Shown here in pieces: positions 46,887 through 55,931 of a stretch of DNA of 64,000 nt; position 1 is the first letter of the stretch; every line of letters begins with the position of its first letter. The notes under the pieces were generated by a model, which searched no databases, had not been told where the DNA came from, and saw only the letters and a list, made by a program, of their open reading frames with translations. Source of the stretch: an uncultured Candidatus Rokubacteria bacterium (GTDB lineage Bacteria > Methylomirabilota > Methylomirabilia > Rokubacteriales > DASRDR01); the NCBI GenBank assembly GCA_963805625.1, contig CAWDVE010000010.1, positions 576,001 through 640,000 on the forward strand. The letters are read 5' to 3'. The position numbers were made by a program, and so were the translations under genes.

Positions 46887-47516
46887 CTAGGGTCGGACGG
46901 GGTCGGGCTCCGTCACTGCTGATCTGTCGGCGCCAGCGCCGAGGACGGGAGCTGGAGGCACCAGCCGGAGCGCCTGGGTCGCCAGCGCCAGGCCGCTCGA
47001 CATCCAGATCGACATCATCTCGACCGCCAGCGCCGCCGGCAGGAAGGCGACCGCCGTCGGCCGGCGGCGGACCGGCCTCGACGCCGCGTACTCGATCCGG
47101 GTCGGCGACGGTAGCACCCAGGCCTCGCCCTCCAGGAGGAGCTCCCCATCCTGGTTGACGCAGGTCGTGCCCAGCCGAAGCCGGTTCCGCTCCGCAACGC
47201 GCTCCGCGACTTCGACCCGCGCCGTCACCCGGTCTCCGATGTACACCGGGCGCATGAAGCGGAAGCTCTGCGAGAGGTAGATCGTGCCCGGACCAGGCAG
47301 GCGGGTCCCGATCACGCTCGAGACGAAGCTCCCCGTCAGCATGCCCGGCGCGATGATGCGGCCGAACCGGGTCCCGGCCGCGAACGCCGCGTCCGAATGG
47401 ATGGGGTTGTCGTCGCCGCTCGCCGTCACGAACTCGCGGATTGTCTCCCTGGTGACCGTGTAGGTGACCTCTGCCACGTCGCCGACAGCCACGTCGTTCA
47501 TCGTGAGTCCGGTCAT
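46887..47516 (-). CDS. phaJ: (R)-specific enoyl-CoA hydratase (MaoC) with C-terminal extension
   Basis: SGDDNPIHSD, IIAPGML, LPGPGTIYLSQ, PVYIGD. Confidence 0.85.
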   Translation of the reverse strand: MTGLTMNDVAVGDVAEVTYTVTRETIREFVTASGDDNPIHSDAAFAAGTRFGRIIAPGMLTGSFVSSVIGTRLPGPGTIYLSQSFRFMRPVYIGDRVTARVEVAERVAERNRLRLGTTCVNQDGELLLEGEAWVLPSPTRIEYAASRPVRRRPTAVAFLPAALAVEMMSIWMSSGLALATQALRLVPPAPVLGAGADRSAVTEPDPVRP

Positions 47517-47524
47517 CGGGCCTC

Positions 47525-48175
47525 CTAGGAGCGGCTTGGCGGCCGGGTTGGCGCGCTCGCCGAGGGTCGGGTTCCCGAGCCCCCTGCCGAGCGTGCTGGC
47601 CGGCGGGTCCCGGTGGCGGGGCGGTCACCGGCCTCCGCAGGTCGATCGACTCTCGAGCTCCCCTCACGCAGGAGCCGCCTGATCTCGTCCAGCCGATCCT
47701 CCAGGCCCTCGATCCGCTCTTCCAGGGCGACCAGCTGGGACGCGACGCCGACGACCTGGTTGCGGGACGGTAACCCGAGAGTGCGGAGAGCCTGGTCCGC
47801 GTACTGCTCCATGCCCTTCTTGAGGGGTCCTTGCGCGGTGATGGTCTGATCGAGGTACCGGCCGAGCGCCTGGGCGAACCCTTCGGTTCCCATCACCTGG
47901 CCGAGAGCCTTCGACCAGACCTCGATCCACTGGTCCAGGAACGCCTTCCACTGCTGGGCGAACTCCGGACTCACACCGCCCTGCGCGGCCGCCTTCTGCC
48001 AGATCTCCATTCCCTGGCCGAGAATAGGGCGCCAGAACTGACTGAAATCGGGAGCCCCGGCGGGCGCCTGGGGTGTGGGAGTCTGGCCGAGAGCCCGCAC
48101 CCACGCCTGGGTGCCTTCCTCCAGGGCCTTCTTCCAGATCTCGAACGCGTCCTGGGCCGGGTTCTGCGTGGTCAT
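47525..48175 (-). CDS. phaE: Class III PHA synthase subunit PhaE-like
   Basis: Trp-rich helical N-term, LGLPSR...LEERIEGLE coiled coil; directly downstream of phaC. Confidence 0.78.
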   Translation of the reverse strand: MTTQNPAQDAFEIWKKALEEGTQAWVRALGQTPTPQAPAGAPDFSQFWRPILGQGMEIWQKAAAQGGVSPEFAQQWKAFLDQWIEVWSKALGQVMGTEGFAQALGRYLDQTITAQGPLKKGMEQYADQALRTLGLPSRNQVVGVASQLVALEERIEGLEDRLDEIRRLLREGSSRVDRPAEAGDRPATGTRRPARSAGGSGTRPSASAPTRPPSRS

Positions 48176-48187
48176 GTCGGCGTCCCC

Positions 48188-48226
48188 AGTATGCCACGTT
48201 GCGTCATGGCCTGGAAGCGTTGCGTC
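48188..48226 (-). promoter_or_regulatory. Internal phaE promoter with two 9-bp direct repeats
   Basis: GACGCAACG at 48226-48218 and 48205-48197, then TGG-CATACT -10. Confidence 0.5.
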
Positions 48227-48241
48227 GTCCGCCCCCTGTGG

Positions 48242-49315
48242 CTATCCCAGCCGAGCGGCGAGCCAGTCGGACACCCGCGGCCAGCAGTGGAGGGACGCGG
48301 ACCGCCCGGCGATCAGCGAGATGTGCCCACCGGGCAGCTCGAAGTAGGTCTTGTCCGTGCTTCCGGCGTGGTCGATCAGCGCCCGGACGCATCCAGGGGG
48401 GGCAATGTAGTCCTCCTTCGCGCCGACCACGAGGAGCGGGCAGCGCACCTGCCCGAGATCGACGGCTTCCCCCCCGAGCCGGAGCGTCCCCTGGACGAGA
48501 CGATTGTCCTGGTAGAAGTCCTTGACCCACTGGCGGAAGAACTCCGCCGGGAACGGCACGTAGTCGTTCGCCCACCGCGAGAGCGCCCGATAGCCCTCGA
48601 CGTAGCGAGGGTTGTCCAGGTTCCACCAGAGGTTCAGCGCCGTCGTCACGTCCATCGTCGGGCGGAGGAGCTTGAAGCCGACCTTGACCCAGTCAGCCGG
48701 GATCGCCCCCACGGTGTCGACGACCCGGTCCACGTCGTAGAAGCGCTTGTCGAGCCACTGCGCGAAGAGCCCGGCCTTGGCGAAATCGATGGGTCCGGCC
48801 ATGTTGACGTACGCCCGAACCGGCACGTCGGGGTGCTGGGCGACGAACGACACTGAGAGCGGCGCGCCCATGCAGTAGCCGATCACCGCGAGCCCCTCCG
48901 CGCCGGACGTCTCCAGCACCTTGCGGACGACGCGCGGGAGGAGCCGGGTCACGCACTCGTCCACCGTCAGCCCGTTGTCCTCCTCGCCGTAGACGCCCCA
49001 GTCGAGGAGGTAGAAGTCGTACCCGAGCCGGCACATGTGCTCGACGAAGGAGGAGCCCGGCTGGAGGTCGAAGATCGAGGGCCGGCTGATGCCGAGATTC
49101 GGCACGAACAGCACCGGGACCGGCCGTGTGCGCGGGGACTCGTAGCGGTACAGCCGGGCCTTGTTCCGGCGATAGACGACCTGCTTCGGCGTGAGCCCGA
49201 TCTCGGGCTCCGGCGCGGTGGCCAGATCGAGCGCCCGCACGGCCCGTGTCAGCGTTCGCGACCACTCGGCGGCGAGGCTCTGCACCAAGTCCCCCGCCTG
49301 CTTCGTCTCCGGCAT
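48242..49315 (-). CDS. phaC: Class III poly(hydroxyalkanoate) synthase PhaC
   Basis: 357 aa; TPKQVVY, DLQPGSS, LDWG, lipase box GYCMG, DYIAP, GGHISL. Confidence 0.88.
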   Translation of the reverse strand: MPETKQAGDLVQSLAAEWSRTLTRAVRALDLATAPEPEIGLTPKQVVYRRNKARLYRYESPRTRPVPVLFVPNLGISRPSIFDLQPGSSFVEHMCRLGYDFYLLDWGVYGEEDNGLTVDECVTRLLPRVVRKVLETSGAEGLAVIGYCMGAPLSVSFVAQHPDVPVRAYVNMAGPIDFAKAGLFAQWLDKRFYDVDRVVDTVGAIPADWVKVGFKLLRPTMDVTTALNLWWNLDNPRYVEGYRALSRWANDYVPFPAEFFRQWVKDFYQDNRLVQGTLRLGGEAVDLGQVRCPLLVVGAKEDYIAPPGCVRALIDHAGSTDKTYFELPGGHISLIAGRSASLHCWPRVSDWLAARLG

Positions 49316-49331
49316 GCCTGGCTCCTCCCGG

Positions 49332-50171
49332 CTAGATGATACCGCGAGCTCTCAGCTCGGCCAGCCGAGTCGGCCCGAGCCCGAGGTGTCGCGCGTAGAC
49401 GTGGCCGGTGTGAAATCCGACCGGCCGGCCCGGGACCTTCAGTCGAGCGCGCGGACGAGCCCCTCGCACTGGGCCATCTCGACGAACTGGCCTTCCCCGG
49501 TGCGGTCCCGCCAGCGGAGCGCGGCCAAGACGCCCATGGCCGAGAGGCAGGCGCCGAACCAGTCCCCCGAGGTAGTTGCCCGACCTGATCGGCAGCGCCC
49601 CCTCGAACCCGGAGATCGCCGACAGCCCGGACACGGCCTGCGCGAGGCCATCGTAGGACGCCCGACCCTCGGCGAAGGGCCCCCACTGACCGAAGCCGGT
49701 GTTCGCGACGTAGATCAGCCCGGGGTTGATCTCCCGCAGCTGGCGGTACCCGAGGCCCCACTTCGCCTCGGTCGTACCGGGCTTGAAGTTCTCGACAAGC
49801 ACGTCCGCGCGGGCGACGAGCTTCCGGATGAGGGCTTGGCCCTCGGCGTGGTGCATGTCCACGCCGACGTGATACTTGCCGTGGTTCTGGGGAAAAAACG
49901 CCACGGACACGTTCTTCCAGAAACAGCCCCCGTGGCCGAGGATGCGGGTGACGTCGCCCTGTCCCGGCATCTCGACCTTGATCACCTCGGCGCCGAGCTC
50001 CCCGAGGAAGTCCGCGGTGGCGGGACCGAAGATGATGACGGACAGGTCGAGGACGCGGATCCCCTGAAGCGCCTCCGGCTTGGCGTGGCGCCCGGACGGG
50101 TCGAAGAGGCGCACCGCCCACTCGGTGTACGGCTCGCCGGTCGATTCCGGCCGGGCGCTCACCTCACCCAC
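49332..50171 (-). pseudogene. CaiB/BaiF CoA-transferase with frameshift and internal deletion
   Basis: IRVLDLS...ADVLVENFKPG...YDGLAQA intact; extra G in GGGGG (49564-49568) puts DWFGACLSAMG...ALD* out of frame; then jump to C-terminal GRPVGFH...RARGII. Confidence 0.8.
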
Positions 50172-50207
50172 CCATCGCGACGAGGGACGCCCGCCGGAGC
50201 CGTGGAC

Positions 50208-50525
50208 TCAGATCCCGAAGAGCCCTGGCAGCCGCATGAGGAGGCTCATGTCCCCCTTGTGCTTGAGCTTCCCGGACATGAAGGCGACCTGGCCGGAGAG
50301 CTTTCCCCCCAGCATGTCGAGCCAGTCCTGAGCGCTCATCGTCAGCGTCAGGTTGGGCTGCGCGGCGCCGCCCTCGCGGATGGCACACTGACCCTCTGTG
50401 ATGTCGACGTGGTACGTGCAGCCCTCCGGTCCTGTGATGTCGTACTGGATGACCGCCTTCAAGCCCTGGGCGCGCTCCGCTCTGAAGCGGCCCGACATCG
50501 CCTCGAACGTGTCCTTGACCGTCAT
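50208..50525 (-). CDS. SCP2 sterol/lipid-binding domain protein
   Basis: AVIQYDITG, GQVAFMSGKLKHKGDM; GAGGAGG RBS. Confidence 0.9.
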   Translation of the reverse strand: MTVKDTFEAMSGRFRAERAQGLKAVIQYDITGPEGCTYHVDITEGQCAIREGGAAQPNLTLTMSAQDWLDMLGGKLSGQVAFMSGKLKHKGDMSLLMRLPGLFGI

Positions 50526-50592
50526 GTCCACCTCCTCAGTCACTGGCACCCCCCGTCGGGGAGCACCGACACACTTATCCTCGCGGGCGCTC

Positions 50593-51372
50593 CTAGCGCC
50601 CCTTGAACTCGGCTGGACGCTTCTGGAAGAAGGCCTGGATGCCTTCCGCCGCGTCCTCGGTCCGGAGGGTCTCCATGAACGCCCGCACCTCCGCGTCGAT
50701 GCCCGCCTCGAGCGGCCCGTCAAGCCCTCGGTCCACACACTCGATGATCAGCCGCGTCGCGATCGGGGCGCGCCGGGCGATGGCGGCCGCCAGCGTCCGG
50801 GCCTCGGCGAGCGTCTCCCCTTCCTTCGTGAGCCGATTGACGAGCCCGAGTACGAGGGCCTCCGGCGCTGTGATCTGCGTGCCGAGGATGAGCAGCTCGA
50901 GCGCCTTGGTACGTCCGATCAGGCGCGGCAGCCGCTGCGTGCCCCCGAAGCCCGGGATGATGCCGAGATTCGACTCTGTCTGCCCGATCCGCGCCGTCTC
51001 CTTCATCACGCGGAGGTGGCAGGCCATCGCGATCTCGCAGCCGCCGCCCGTGGCGTGCCCCTGGATCGCCGCGATCACGGGCTTGGAAAGCCGCTCGATC
51101 CGCCGGAGCAGTGTCTGGCCCCGTCGCAGGAAGGCCTCCAGCTCGTCCGCCCCACCGCCGAACGCACCCGATAGATCCGCCCCACCGCAGAAGATGCGGT
51201 CGCCAGCTCCGGTGAGGACCATCGCTCGCACGCCGTCATCCCGGGCAAGCTCGTCCACCGCCGCCTCGAGCTCGAGGACCAGCTGGGTCGAGATCGTGTT
51301 CGCCGGCGGGCGGTTCAGCGTCACCACCGCGTACCCGTCGCCGCGCTCGAGGATCAAGGTCTCGAAGGCCAT
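50593..51372 (-). CDS. Enoyl-CoA hydratase/isomerase
   Basis: FCGGADL, GGGCE, PGFGGTQRLPRLIG, FFQKRPAEFKGR. Confidence 0.93.
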   Translation of the reverse strand: MAFETLILERGDGYAVVTLNRPPANTISTQLVLELEAAVDELARDDGVRAMVLTGAGDRIFCGGADLSGAFGGGADELEAFLRRGQTLLRRIERLSKPVIAAIQGHATGGGCEIAMACHLRVMKETARIGQTESNLGIIPGFGGTQRLPRLIGRTKALELLILGTQITAPEALVLGLVNRLTKEGETLAEARTLAAAIARRAPIATRLIIECVDRGLDGPLEAGIDAEVRAFMETLRTEDAAEGIQAFFQKRPAEFKGR

Positions 51373-51389
51373 GGTCTCGTGTCCTCGTC

Positions 51390-52601
51390 TCAGGCCGCGA
51401 TCGGCACGCCGAGCGCCCCGGACGCGCGAAGATCGGCGATCGCCGCCGTGGAGAGCCCGAGCACGTCCCGCAGCACCTCGTCCGTGTGTTGACCGAGGTT
51501 CGGCGGCGGCCCCTGAACGGCAGCCGGCGTGCCGCCGAACTTCACCGGGATCCCCGGCAGGCGGACCCGCCCCGCGGTCGGATGATCCACCTCCACCGCC
51601 ATGTCCCGGTGCCGCACCTGCGGATCCTCGAAGACCTGCCCGATGTCGTTGATCGGCCCCGCGGGAAGCCCTGCCTCCGCGAACCGGTCGACCCACTCGT
51701 CACGGTCCTTCGCTTGAAGCCGCGCCTCGATCTCCCGTACCAGCTCCGTCCGGCACGCCACTCGTCGGGCGTTCGATCCGTAGCGAGGGTCGTCCGCCCA
51801 CTCCGGCACCCCGAGGACCTCGCAGAACGCCTTCCACAGGCGCTCGTTTCCGGCGCCGACCATGAGGTAGCCGTCCCGGGCGCGGAAGGCCTGGTACGGG
51901 ACGAGCGACGGGTGCGCGCTCCCCCATCGCCCCTGCACCTCCCCGCCCACGAGGTACGCCGTCGCCGCGTTGATCAGAGCGGCAATACCGCACTCCATGA
52001 GCGAGAGCTCGAGGTACTGGCCCTGCCCGGTCCGTTCCCGGTGCCGCAGCGCGGCGAGGATCGCGCCATGGGCGTAGAGCGCCGTGATCACGTCGATCAG
52101 CGCGACGCCGACCTTGACCGGAGCGCCGTCGTTCTCTCCGGTGATCGACATGAGCCCAGTGAAACCTTGCATGATGGCGTCATACCCCGCTCGCTCGCGA
52201 TACGGCCCGGTCGCTCCGAAACCGGAGATCGCACAGTAGATCAACCGTGGGTTGGCGCTGCGCAGCGTCTCCCAGCCGAGCCCGAGGTCGTCCATAGTCC
52301 CGGGCTTGAAGTTCTCGATCAGCACGTCCCCCCGGCGCACGAGGTCGAGGAGCAGCGCCTTGCCTCGTGCGTGCTTGAGATCGAGCGTGATGCTTCGCTT
52401 CCCCCGGTTGACGGCAAAGAAGTAGGATGCCTGGCCGTCGGACGCGCGGGGCGGGGCCCACTGACGGCTGTCGTCCCCGCCCTGCGGGTGCTCGACCTTG
52501 ATCACCTCAGCACCGTAGTCCCCCAGAATCTGGGTCGCCAGCGGCCCCGCGACGATGCGCGAGAGGTCGACGATCCGAAGGTCTTCGAGCGGCCCGGACA
52601 T
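51390..52601 (-). CDS. CaiB/BaiF (family III) CoA-transferase
   Basis: IVDLSRIVAGP, NRGKRS, ENFKPG, YDAIMQ, catalytic D in ALIDV. Confidence 0.93.
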   Translation of the reverse strand: MSGPLEDLRIVDLSRIVAGPLATQILGDYGAEVIKVEHPQGGDDSRQWAPPRASDGQASYFFAVNRGKRSITLDLKHARGKALLLDLVRRGDVLIENFKPGTMDDLGLGWETLRSANPRLIYCAISGFGATGPYRERAGYDAIMQGFTGLMSITGENDGAPVKVGVALIDVITALYAHGAILAALRHRERTGQGQYLELSLMECGIAALINAATAYLVGGEVQGRWGSAHPSLVPYQAFRARDGYLMVGAGNERLWKAFCEVLGVPEWADDPRYGSNARRVACRTELVREIEARLQAKDRDEWVDRFAEAGLPAGPINDIGQVFEDPQVRHRDMAVEVDHPTAGRVRLPGIPVKFGGTPAAVQGPPPNLGQHTDEVLRDVLGLSTAAIADLRASGALGVPIAA

Positions 52602-52719
52602 GCGTCCTCCTCGAGGTTGGCGCTGCCACTATACCCGGCGCTGGACGCGCCTTCAACGCGGCGCGAGGGATCGACGGCCGCCGGGATCGCGCCGCCCGGC
52701 GTGCGCCCGCCTCGCCTGC

Positions 52720-53055
52720 GCGTGGCGGCGCCCAGCTGCTGGACATCTACCAGACGCAGAACTGCCTCTACCGCGCCGTCGACGAACGCTACGTTGTCGT
52801 GGGCCACGGACGGCACTACGACGACGTGCCGCCCAACAGAAGGATCTTCCGTGGCAATGCCCGCGAGTCGCTGCGCGCCGAGGTCCTCACGCACCCGTCC
52901 GCGCCCAAGGCCATCGCGGCGCTCCACGAGGAGGTGGAGCACATGACCTGCCGGTCTTCCAGGAGATCCCGGCTCGGACTCACGACTGGACCGGCGCCGT
53001 CGCCGAGGACGCGGTCGCCCAGCAGCAGCAGCAACAACAGCGGCAGGCGGGCTGA
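52720..53055 (+). pseudogene. 3' remnant of an unidentified gene ending in poly-Gln
   Basis: QLLDIYQTQNCLYRAVDERYVVVGHGRHYDDVPPNRRIFRG... then frameshift to HDLPVFQEIPARTHDW...AQQQQQQQRQAG*; no start/RBS. Confidence 0.45.
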
Positions 53056-53082
53056 CGGGGCGTATACTCGGCCTGCCGGACC

Positions 53083-54033
53083 ATGCGCCAAGGTCTCGTC
53101 CGCCTCGCGGTCACCGTCCTCTCGCTCGCGGGCTGCGGCGTCGTGTCGATCGATCTGACGCCGCGCGTCCGCCCCCTCGAGGAGAGCACCGTCGAGGGTA
53201 GCGGCACCGACAAGGTGTTGCTCATCGACCTCGCCGGGGTCCTCGCAGAAGAGCCCGTCTTCACCCTCGAGAGCCGGCCGCAGGTCCCGCTTCTCGCGCG
53301 CGTCCGCGAGGAGCTCGAGAAGGCCGAGGAGGACGATCGGGTGCGCGCGGTCGTCCTCCGGATCAACAGCCCGGGAGGCACGGTCACCGCCTCGGACATA
53401 CTCTTCCACGAGGTCATGCGCTTCAAGGAGCGTCGCAAGGTACCCGTGGTGGCATCCATCCTCGACGTCGGAGCCTCGGGCGGCTACTACGTGGCGCTCG
53501 CCGCCGACAGGATCCTCGCTCACCCCACGACGGTGACCGGCTCCATCGGGGTCCTGATGCTGACGGTCAACGCGAGCGGACTCCTCGAGAAGATCGGCGT
53601 CAGTGCAACCTACGTGAAGTCCGGTGACTTCAAGGATATGGGAAGCCCCTTTCGGAGCATCCGGCCGGAGGAGCGAGCGCTCTTCCAGGATCTGATCGAC
53701 CGGTTCTACGGGCGGTTCGTCGAGCTGGTCGCCCGCTCGCGCAAGCTCGACGAGGCCCGGGTGCGCGCGCTGGCCGACGGCCGCATCTACACCGCCGGCG
53801 AGGCGCTGTCGCTCGGCCTCATCGACCAGATCGGCTACCTCGAGGACGCGATCGCTTCCGCGAAGAGCGCTGCGGGGCTCAAGGAAGCAAAGGTGGTGAC
53901 CTATCACCGCCCTCGCCAGTACCGGGCGACGATCTACTCCTCGACGGATCCGCCGGCGCCCGCGGCCACCCTCCCGGACCTGGCGCGCGTGGTCCTCTCG
54001 GGGCCCCGCTTCCTCTACCTCTGGTGGCCATGA
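53083..54033 (+). CDS. sppA: Signal peptide peptidase SppA (S49), lipoprotein
   Basis: Lipobox LAGC, RINSPGG, ASGGYY, GSIGV, KSGDFKD. Confidence 0.93.
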   Translation: MRQGLVRLAVTVLSLAGCGVVSIDLTPRVRPLEESTVEGSGTDKVLLIDLAGVLAEEPVFTLESRPQVPLLARVREELEKAEEDDRVRAVVLRINSPGGTVTASDILFHEVMRFKERRKVPVVASILDVGASGGYYVALAADRILAHPTTVTGSIGVLMLTVNASGLLEKIGVSATYVKSGDFKDMGSPFRSIRPEERALFQDLIDRFYGRFVELVARSRKLDEARVRALADGRIYTAGEALSLGLIDQIGYLEDAIASAKSAAGLKEAKVVTYHRPRQYRATIYSSTDPPAPAATLPDLARVVLSGPRFLYLWWP

Positions 54034-54287
54034 GCCCCCACGCGGCGGGATGACGGTCGGCTCTCTCCCCGTCGCCCCCGATCCCGTTCCCGCCCCTTCC
54101 CCCACCAACGACCTGCGCCGGCGCCGGGGCCTGCCGCCGATCGAGTGGAAGGGGAAACGGGCATGATCGACGGCGCCGTAAGGGCCGTCAGCATCACCGC
54201 CGACCGGGTCCCGCTTTCCCGAGCCCATCACCGAGTGGCCCGGTGTGGCGCCCGACGACCCCCGCTGAGGGCGGCGCGCCGCTCCGC

Positions 54288-54470
54288 TCAACCCGGGTCG
54301 GCGACGAGCGGCGCGTACTCGGTCGTTCGCAAGGCCCAGTGGATCTCGTCTAGGTTGGCGACCAGATCGTCGAGCCGGGTGGTCGCCGGCGCCCGCTCGA
54401 CACCCGAGTAGTCGAGGACGCGGTCGAGGATCATCTGATGGCGCTCCGGGCTGAGGAGGTCGTCCTCGCG
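54288..54470 (-). pseudogene. C-terminal remnant resembling Stf0-type sulfotransferases
   Basis: EDDLLSPERHQMILDRVLDYSGVERAP...LDDLVANLDEIHWALRTTEY*; no 5' part. Confidence 0.5.
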
Positions 54471-54473
54471 CGG

Positions 54474-55256
54474 CTACCGCCCCTGCCAGCGGGGCGGACG
54501 CCTCTCCAGGAACGCCGCGATCCCTTCCTGGGCGTCTTCCGACCGCGCCACGATCGTCAGGAGGTCTCGCAGGTGCGCCAGCGCCTGCGAGTACGGGAGC
54601 TCGAGCGCCCGGTAGAAGGCCTCCTTGCCGAGCGCCAAGGTCGCCGGAGACAGGCCGGCGAGCGTCCGCCCGGTCTCGCCCACGGTCTGGTCGAGCTGGG
54701 CACGCGCCACCACGTGCGTCACGAGCCCGATCTCGAGCGCCTCGCGTGCCGGCAGCTCCCGCCCGGTCAGAACCAGCTCGAGGACACGCCGCGGCGACGC
54801 GGTGCGCAGGATGGGCGCCAAGACCATCAGTGGCAGAAGCCCCAGCTTGATCTCCGGCAGCCCGAAGACCGCGTCGTCGGCAGCGATCACGACATCGCAG
54901 GCTGTCGCCAGCCCACAGCCCCCGGCCAGGGCGTAGCCGTGGACCTGGGCGATCACCGGCGTCCGCATCCGGGGGATCGCTTCGAGCACCTGGGCCAGGC
55001 CCGCGTACTGGTCCCGCGCGTCGAGGATCGGCCCGGTCCGGAACATGCCCTTGAGATCGGCCCCGGCGCAGAAGGCCCGCTCGCCCGCTCCCCGGATGAC
55101 GACGACCCGCGCCTCCGGGTCCCCATCCAGGCGGGCCAGCGCGGCGCCAAGCTCCCGGATCACCGTCTGGTTGAGCGCGTTTCGCGCCTCCGGCCGATTG
55201 AGCGTGAGGGTGGCCACGCCGTCCCGGACGTCGACGAGCAGCGTCTCGTAGCTCAC
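54474..55256 (-). CDS. Enoyl-CoA hydratase/isomerase family protein
   Basis: LNRPEARNAL, FCAGADL, ALAGGCGL, FGLPEIKLG. Confidence 0.92.
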   Translation of the reverse strand: MSYETLLVDVRDGVATLTLNRPEARNALNQTVIRELGAALARLDGDPEARVVVIRGAGERAFCAGADLKGMFRTGPILDARDQYAGLAQVLEAIPRMRTPVIAQVHGYALAGGCGLATACDVVIAADDAVFGLPEIKLGLLPLMVLAPILRTASPRRVLELVLTGRELPAREALEIGLVTHVVARAQLDQTVGETGRTLAGLSPATLALGKEAFYRALELPYSQALAHLRDLLTIVARSEDAQEGIAAFLERRPPRWQGR

Positions 55257-55312
55257 CGGGGCTACCCTTGCTCCGCCTTGAAACTTATCGGAACGGCCTT
55301 CGGCCTGTGGGC

Positions 55313-55930
55313 TCATCCAGCCCCTCGGACCGCCGGTGCCTCCGGAAAGATCGCGCCGAGGAGCTCGGAGAGAATGCGCCCCGTGGTGCCCCAGACCACG
55401 TCGTCGCCGTAGTTCACGAAGACGACGGGCCGCTGCACGCCCTCGCGCTCCCACTGCTCCACGCGAAACGCGTCCGGCTGGAGGAGATGGGCGAGCGGGA
55501 TCTCGATCACGCGCTCGATCTCGCGGCCGTCGGGGTGGAAAACCGGCTCGCCGCGGGCTAATCCCAGGACGGGTGTGATCACGAAGTTCGTCACGGTCGT
55601 GCGCATGTCGTCGAAGAGACCCAGAACCTCGACGGCGCTCTGCTCGAGCCCGATCTCCTCTCGGGCCTCGCGAAGCGCGGTCTCGACCACGGAGCCGTCC
55701 GAGCGCTGGACGACGCCGCCCGGGAACGAGAACTGGCCCTTGTGGTGGGGGACGTCCTCCGTCTTCTTGCCGAAGACCAGGGCGGGCACCCCGTCACGGT
55801 AGACGAACAGCACCAGCACGGCGGCGCGGATCCTGTCCCCGGGCGCGAGGGCCTTGCGCTCGCGGCCGAGCACCGCCGTGATGCGGATGCGGAGGGCACC
55901 GACGGACAGGTCCGCAGCAGGCCCCACCAC
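55313..55930 (-). CDS. Nudix CoA pyrophosphatase (NudL/NUDT7-like)
   Basis: HKGQFSFPGG...ALREAREEIGL, VWGTTG. Confidence 0.9.
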   Translation of the reverse strand: MVGPAADLSVGALRIRITAVLGRERKALAPGDRIRAAVLVLFVYRDGVPALVFGKKTEDVPHHKGQFSFPGGVVQRSDGSVVETALREAREEIGLEQSAVEVLGLFDDMRTTVTNFVITPVLGLARGEPVFHPDGREIERVIEIPLAHLLQPDAFRVEQWEREGVQRPVVFVNYGDDVVWGTTGRILSELLGAIFPEAPAVRGAG

Positions 55931-55931
55931 G

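Noticed and set aside
49439-49441. TGA in the CoA-transferase as selenocysteine
   Set aside because: Sits at a deletion junction at a probable Trp position; no SECIS-like hairpin or Cys-homologous site
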